Below, in pieces: positions 59,558-64,000 of a stretch of DNA of 64,000 nt. The position numbers and the translations under genes are program-made. This stretch comes from Nitrosopumilus sp. (GTDB lineage Archaea > Thermoproteota > Nitrososphaeria > Nitrososphaerales > Nitrosopumilaceae), in assembly GCA_965218785.1 (NCBI GenBank), contig OZ244650.1:1088001-1152000 (forward strand). The letters run 5' to 3'. How positions within the stretch are numbered: position 1 is the first letter of the stretch; every line of letters begins with the position of its first letter. The notes beneath the pieces were generated by a model, which saw nothing but the letters and a program-made list of their open reading frames with translations, ran no database searches and was not told the origin of the DNA.

Positions 59558-61309
59558 TCAATGAGGAATTCCCGTCCAATCTTCATAACCTTCCCATCCT
59601 TTTTCTCGATAAACATAACTTGGATTATGTGGGATGTTTTTTGGTTTGGCAGAATCATTCCATTCCCCATATTCTTTATAATTTTTGAAATTTAGATTTC
59701 TAACATATGCTTTTGCTTCGTCAAAAGGCAAGTATTCTCGCTCATTAATTCCATACCAATCATAAATATCAAAAAAGAATCTACCAGCAGTTGGAAAATA
59801 TTTGAATGGTTTTGCAGGAATGTTTTTTGGTTTTTTACCAGATTTAGCATATTTAGTCCAATCAGATGAAGATTCAAAATTTAAAGTTGATACGAATTTT
59901 TTTTGATCTTCATAAGAAAGATACTCACGATCAAATGCGCCAAACCAGTTATCCCAATCTATCCATTGTTTTTTATAAATCAGATTAGGTTTTGCAGGAA
60001 TATTTTTTGGTTTTTTACCAGATTTACAGTATTCTTTCCATTCTGATTGATAATCAAAAATCAAAATAGAGACAAATTTTTTGGCATCTGTAAATGACAG
60101 ATATGCTCTATGCTGAACACCTAGCCAGTCATCATAATCTTTCCAATCACCGGTGTACACATTTTTTGGATTAGATGGTACGTTTATGGGTAATTTACCA
60201 GATTTACAAAATAATTTCCATTCTTTTTCACTATCTAAGGCCAGATTTAAGACAAATTTTTTGGCATCTGTAAATGACAGGTATTTTCGTTTAGTGATAC
60301 CTAACCAATCATTCCAACCTTTCCATTCAAAGGAATAATCTTTTTTTGGATTTAGTGGAATATTTTCAGGCTTTTTGCCTGAAATACAAAATTTTTTCCA
60401 ATCTTTTTCATTTATCAAATTTAAATTCTGAACAAACATCCTAGATTCTTCAAAAGACAAATATCGAGAAGGTTCAGTAGAAGTATTTTTGAAGGTTTGA
60501 TAAATTTTTTCCAATTCATCAACATCAAATTGTAAAGTTAATTTTTTACTTTCATTAGAAACTAACCTTGTAAAATCATCATTTAGATTAGAATTAGATT
60601 TTTTTGCAACAACGTTTCCAATGATTTCTTTTTCATCATTAGTTAATGGACGTTTTAAAGAAGATGTAAGGGCCATTTCAACAAATAATTGATGAACCTC
60701 AGAAAATTCAATTTTTCCTATGTATAGACCCTCTTTTCCTCTAGATTTGGTTAATTTTTTTATTAGTTTAATTGCCAAATCTAATCTATCAATTTTCATA
60801 TATGCAAAAATTTTAACATGACTAGCATAGATCCCAGTTTGTTTTTCAAGTAAAGGAATCACGTCTGCATACTGTCCCAACATACACATTGCTTTTGCTT
60901 TTTCCAAAGAAAAGAGAGAATCATCCATTCCATCATCTAATTTTTTTTGGTTTATTCTGTCACATAATGAAATAACTTTTTGATAATTACCAGTCTGGAA
61001 ATATGTAATCATTCTATTCAAACAGGTTGTACCATGTAACAACAATTTGTCAGAAATATCATCTGTAGATTCTTCTGATCTAAATTTATTTTCTATATTT
61101 TTTTTAAAAAAAGTATCTGGATAATCAGACATGGAAAATGAGGAATATACGGAGTCTGGCACATCATAATACCAAAATAATTTTCCGTTATCAAATCCAA
61201 TTTCTACAACATTTTGTTTCCAACTATATCTATAACAACGAATTAATCCTGAATTTTTTCTATAGTGATACCCAACAAATCCAGATTCAATTTTATCTTT
61301 AGAAATCAT
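59558..61309 (-). CDS. KTSC domain + TPR-like + five 'integrase-repeat'-type units
   Basis: N-terminal YSW...EIGFDNG...YYDVP...FFKKNI (KTSC); five YLSF.EAK.FV..L...EW...CKSGKKP.NIP..P...Y...W..W.DW.G units. Confidence 0.75.
   Translation of the reverse strand: MISKDKIESGFVGYHYRKNSGLIRCYRYSWKQNVVEIGFDNGKLFWYYDVPDSVYSSFSMSDYPDTFFKKNIENKFRSEESTDDISDKLLLHGTTCLNRMITYFQTGNYQKVISLCDRINQKKLDDGMDDSLFSLEKAKAMCMLGQYADVIPLLEKQTGIYASHVKIFAYMKIDRLDLAIKLIKKLTKSRGKEGLYIGKIEFSEVHQLFVEMALTSSLKRPLTNDEKEIIGNVVAKKSNSNLNDDFTRLVSNESKKLTLQFDVDELEKIYQTFKNTSTEPSRYLSFEESRMFVQNLNLINEKDWKKFCISGKKPENIPLNPKKDYSFEWKGWNDWLGITKRKYLSFTDAKKFVLNLALDSEKEWKLFCKSGKLPINVPSNPKNVYTGDWKDYDDWLGVQHRAYLSFTDAKKFVSILIFDYQSEWKEYCKSGKKPKNIPAKPNLIYKKQWIDWDNWFGAFDREYLSYEDQKKFVSTLNFESSSDWTKYAKSGKKPKNIPAKPFKYFPTAGRFFFDIYDWYGINEREYLPFDEAKAYVRNLNFKNYKEYGEWNDSAKPKNIPHNPSYVYREKGWEGYEDWTGIPH
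59564..60465 (-). repeat. Five diverged ~60-aa coding repeats
   Basis: Near-identical DNA blocks such as GACAAATTTTTTGGCATCTGTAAATGACAG near 60071 and 60251. Confidence 0.85.
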
Positions 61310-61326
61310 AATTATACATCATAAAT

Positions 61327-61470
61327 TGGAGTGGACCCTCTAAATTAGAACGCTTTTTGCATGTTTTTACATACAGTTACCATTATTTATTTCTCATCCC
61401 CCCATTCAGATAAGAATTCCTCAGGAGTCACATACCCCAGTCTAAGTGGAGCCTAGAGAGGTCCACACCA
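61327..61470 (-). mobile_element. 144-bp MITE-like derivative of the same IS3 element
   Basis: TGGAGTGGACCCTCTA...TAGAGAGGTCCACACCA; retains the orfB tail GYVTPEEFLSE. Confidence 0.8.
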
Positions 61471-61600
61471 ACAAAGTGTTACTGGTAATCATGACAAGGT
61501 AGGTAAATTGCAGAGACAGGCAGGTATAATCACAATACACTGTAAATCAGAACAATCAAAAATCATACAACAGGAGTTTTCATATCCAAGTGTGACCTGA

Positions 61601-62779
61601 TTACTTTACATCGTTAGAATCATCGAGTGAATTACCCATCACCTTTAACACACCCTTTATTCCCGCCTGTATCTCCTCTGCAGAATCCCTGATGTTCTTG
61701 GATGCTTTATCTATATTGGTACACTGGGTCTTTACACCCCGCAGTTTACTTGCCAGAGTATCAACATCATGCATTGCATCAGTTATACCAACAATGTCAA
61801 TACCTGCATTGACTGCAGATGCAGCATTTCGAAGTTTCTCTCGGGCAACCTTGTATGCAAAGTGGAGTAACTCACCTTCTGCCAGTATCTCATTTGATGT
61901 ACCAACAGCACATAACAGATACTTGTCATATGCCCGGAACCATCTCACATTGGGTGGCATTGATTCAACGTTCTTCATGACAAATATCCCATAATCTGCA
62001 TTACGGTTCTTTATTGATTTTTCAAGTATGTCCTCGATCATTTTTTGGGACATACCGCCACGATCCTTTACCTCAAAGACTATACGTTTTTTCAGATCGC
62101 CTAACACAATTACAAAGTCCCCGGTCTTGCTTTTTGATATGCTGCCAGGGACGCGGCTGGTATCCTCAAGATCATCTGAGTGTATGTTTGAGATCCATGC
62201 AAGTTTTTCTTCACACCAACCTTCAAAATCATATCCCTTTGCAGGACCCTTTTGATGTTCTGCAGTTATGGTCTCTGTCTGTATTTTTTCGATTAGAACA
62301 GATTTTCCGAGATCTCCGATATGTCGTATGATCTCTTGCTGTACGATGTTTAGTGGACTGCCCTCCTTGTGAGGATCAAAGAGATCCTTAATCATAGTGC
62401 CATCCTCGCCAAAGTGTTGTTTTATTGTGTTTGAGAATTTTCCGTTCTCATCAAATGCAGAATCAAGATCCTGGTTAATTGTAGATTGAAAGTTTTCCAG
62501 TGATTTTTTAAATACGGTATCCAGAGATTCAAACGCCTTGTGGACATAATCCACATCGTTCTTGTTTTTTATGGTTCCAGCAGTCATTATCCCGAGTTGG
62601 AGTATGTTCTCGAGGACCTCCTCGAGTTTGGAGGGTTGTGTAATCTGGGCAAAGTACGATACGATATCAGGGTGCATCGTCTTGAAATTGTTGATGGTCA
62701 GTGAATCAGGAGTTGCAGTTACTGTCGGAGATGGTTCTGTCTGAAGGGTCAATGATGATAATTCAGGGAAATTTTTCAT
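61601..62779 (-). CDS. RmuC/DUF2130-like coiled-coil plus PD-(D/E)XK protein
   Basis: KGYDFEGW...GDFVI...IVFEVKD flanked by coiled coils. Confidence 0.7.
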   Translation of the reverse strand: MKNFPELSSLTLQTEPSPTVTATPDSLTINNFKTMHPDIVSYFAQITQPSKLEEVLENILQLGIMTAGTIKNKNDVDYVHKAFESLDTVFKKSLENFQSTINQDLDSAFDENGKFSNTIKQHFGEDGTMIKDLFDPHKEGSPLNIVQQEIIRHIGDLGKSVLIEKIQTETITAEHQKGPAKGYDFEGWCEEKLAWISNIHSDDLEDTSRVPGSISKSKTGDFVIVLGDLKKRIVFEVKDRGGMSQKMIEDILEKSIKNRNADYGIFVMKNVESMPPNVRWFRAYDKYLLCAVGTSNEILAEGELLHFAYKVAREKLRNAASAVNAGIDIVGITDAMHDVDTLASKLRGVKTQCTNIDKASKNIRDSAEEIQAGIKGVLKVMGNSLDDSNDVK

Positions 62780-63023
62780 AAATACGTGTTGTGGTTACTA
62801 GTTCAAAAGTGGGAGATCTTACGTTTTACATAATCTATTTTAGGTACATTTTGAGCAGCGCAAATAATGAGGAAAAAACTCTAAACATGAAGGGATTGGT
62901 ACAATGTTACATCCAAGAATGGCTATATTCTCACACATGCCCCAGGCAAAATCATGCAAAAGAGGCATAGAATACGTCTGACCACATGCCACACTCTTGA
63001 GAGCATTTACAGATGGGGCTTGC

Positions 63024-64000
63024 CTAATTTAGATAATATTCTGAAATACTATCTTCGTTGATTATCCATTTTATTTTACCTAGTTCCACCAATCTTCCCA
63101 TTATTGCAAGTCTTTTTTGTTTAATATTATTTTTGATTTTTGGATTATCTACTTTTAGTTTAGAAATGTTGAATTTTGCACATTCATCGGGATTATTATT
63201 GATATATTTTTTAATCTCAGAATGAATAATCGTCTCTATTTCTTTTAAATTCTTCTTTGATTCAGTTAAGGATAATTTTGGACCTTGTTTTTTTACAATG
63301 GATAAAATCTTTTTCATAATCTGATTTTCAAGATTTCTATTGGGAATAATTTCCTTTAGTATGAATTCTGATTCTTGTTCTGAGAGTGCACCTTTTGAAA
63401 AGTCATTTTTAGGAAATATGGGATTTTCTATTAAAACAAACTTTTTTCCCAATTCTGAAAGAGAGATAAACACTTTATCATCTTCTTCAAATGCATATAT
63501 CAGTCCTAATGCTGATAATGCACCATCTAAATGATTTCCTCCCAATCTTCTACTGATTCTTGTTTTACCCATTTGAATATCTTTTATTCTTATTTTCATT
63601 TCTATATCTTTGTCTTTATCATCTGAGTTTGTTTTCTTTGGTAATCCGGTAGATAACTTGTGTTGTCTTTTAACATCACCTGCTTTTTCATATTTTCTAA
63701 TCATTTCACCATACTCTTGAAGTAAATCATATGCATTAACCCTGAGAACTTTGAGTTCAATTTTTGAATTATTTTTACTCTCAAGTAAATGTGCGAGCAT
63801 CAACATAGACAATTTTATTGGTAAAAATCTATTATAATTATTGGAGAGCATGGGATATCCATCATATGGAATGATTTTTTCTGGTTTTGATATTTTTAAT
63901 GATTTGATGTATTTCATTATATTTGGATAATTTCCTTGTACTTTCATGTGATCATAATCTGTATGTCCTAGAGCTCTTTGTTCTGTTTCTTCATCTTTCT
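63024..64000 (-). CDS. Hypothetical protein; frame open past the window end
   Basis: YNRFLPIK, STGLP and GALSALGL. The frame stays open upstream of 63947 (KDEETEQRALGHTDYDHM). Confidence 0.7.
   Translation of the reverse strand, partial: KDEETEQRALGHTDYDHMKVQGNYPNIMKYIKSLKISKPEKIIPYDGYPMLSNNYNRFLPIKLSMLMLAHLLESKNNSKIELKVLRVNAYDLLQEYGEMIRKYEKAGDVKRQHKLSTGLPKKTNSDDKDKDIEMKIRIKDIQMGKTRISRRLGGNHLDGALSALGLIYAFEEDDKVFISLSELGKKFVLIENPIFPKNDFSKGALSEQESEFILKEIIPNRNLENQIMKKILSIVKKQGPKLSLTESKKNLKEIETIIHSEIKKYINNNPDECAKFNISKLKVDNPKIKNNIKQKRLAIMGRLVELGKIKWIINEDSISEYYLN

Overview
Archaeal DNA, most likely an ammonia-oxidising thaumarchaeote (Nitrosopumilaceae), judged from the ribosomal proteins, the conserved small hypotheticals and the TATA-box/leaderless gene starts. 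An NHL-repeat remnant, IS debris and dense defence content suggest a host-associated lineage such as a sponge symbiont, but that is inference. Bases 1-3.5 kb hold the end of the S10/spc ribosomal cluster (S17, L14, L24, S4e, L5, S14, S8, L6), followed by tRNA-Asn(GTT). The remaining ~60 kb is a mosaic accessory/defence region with a few core-like genes interspersed. It contains three MORC-like GHKL ATPases with different C-terminal fusions (one AbiEi-like antitoxin coupled to an AbiEii nucleotidyltransferase, and two histidine kinases each coupled to a receiver protein), Vsr-REase-Dcm with a coding tandem repeat, McrBC, HNH/GIY-YIG/PIN nucleases, a stand-alone SRA-like domain and a KAP NTPase. 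An AT-rich block bracketed by IS3-family remnants carries two paralogous ParB-like proteins converging on an SNF2 helicase-DUF3883 nuclease-amino-MTase operon. The best candidates for undescribed systems are the twin-ParB/SNF2/DUF3883/MTase locus (50.3-58.9 kb), the GHKL-AbiEi/AbiEii pair (8.35-11.4 kb) and the twin MORC-histidine-kinase/receiver modules (21.6-29.0 kb). All domain calls come from motif recognition by eye; no database search was run. I saw no CRISPR array or integrase.
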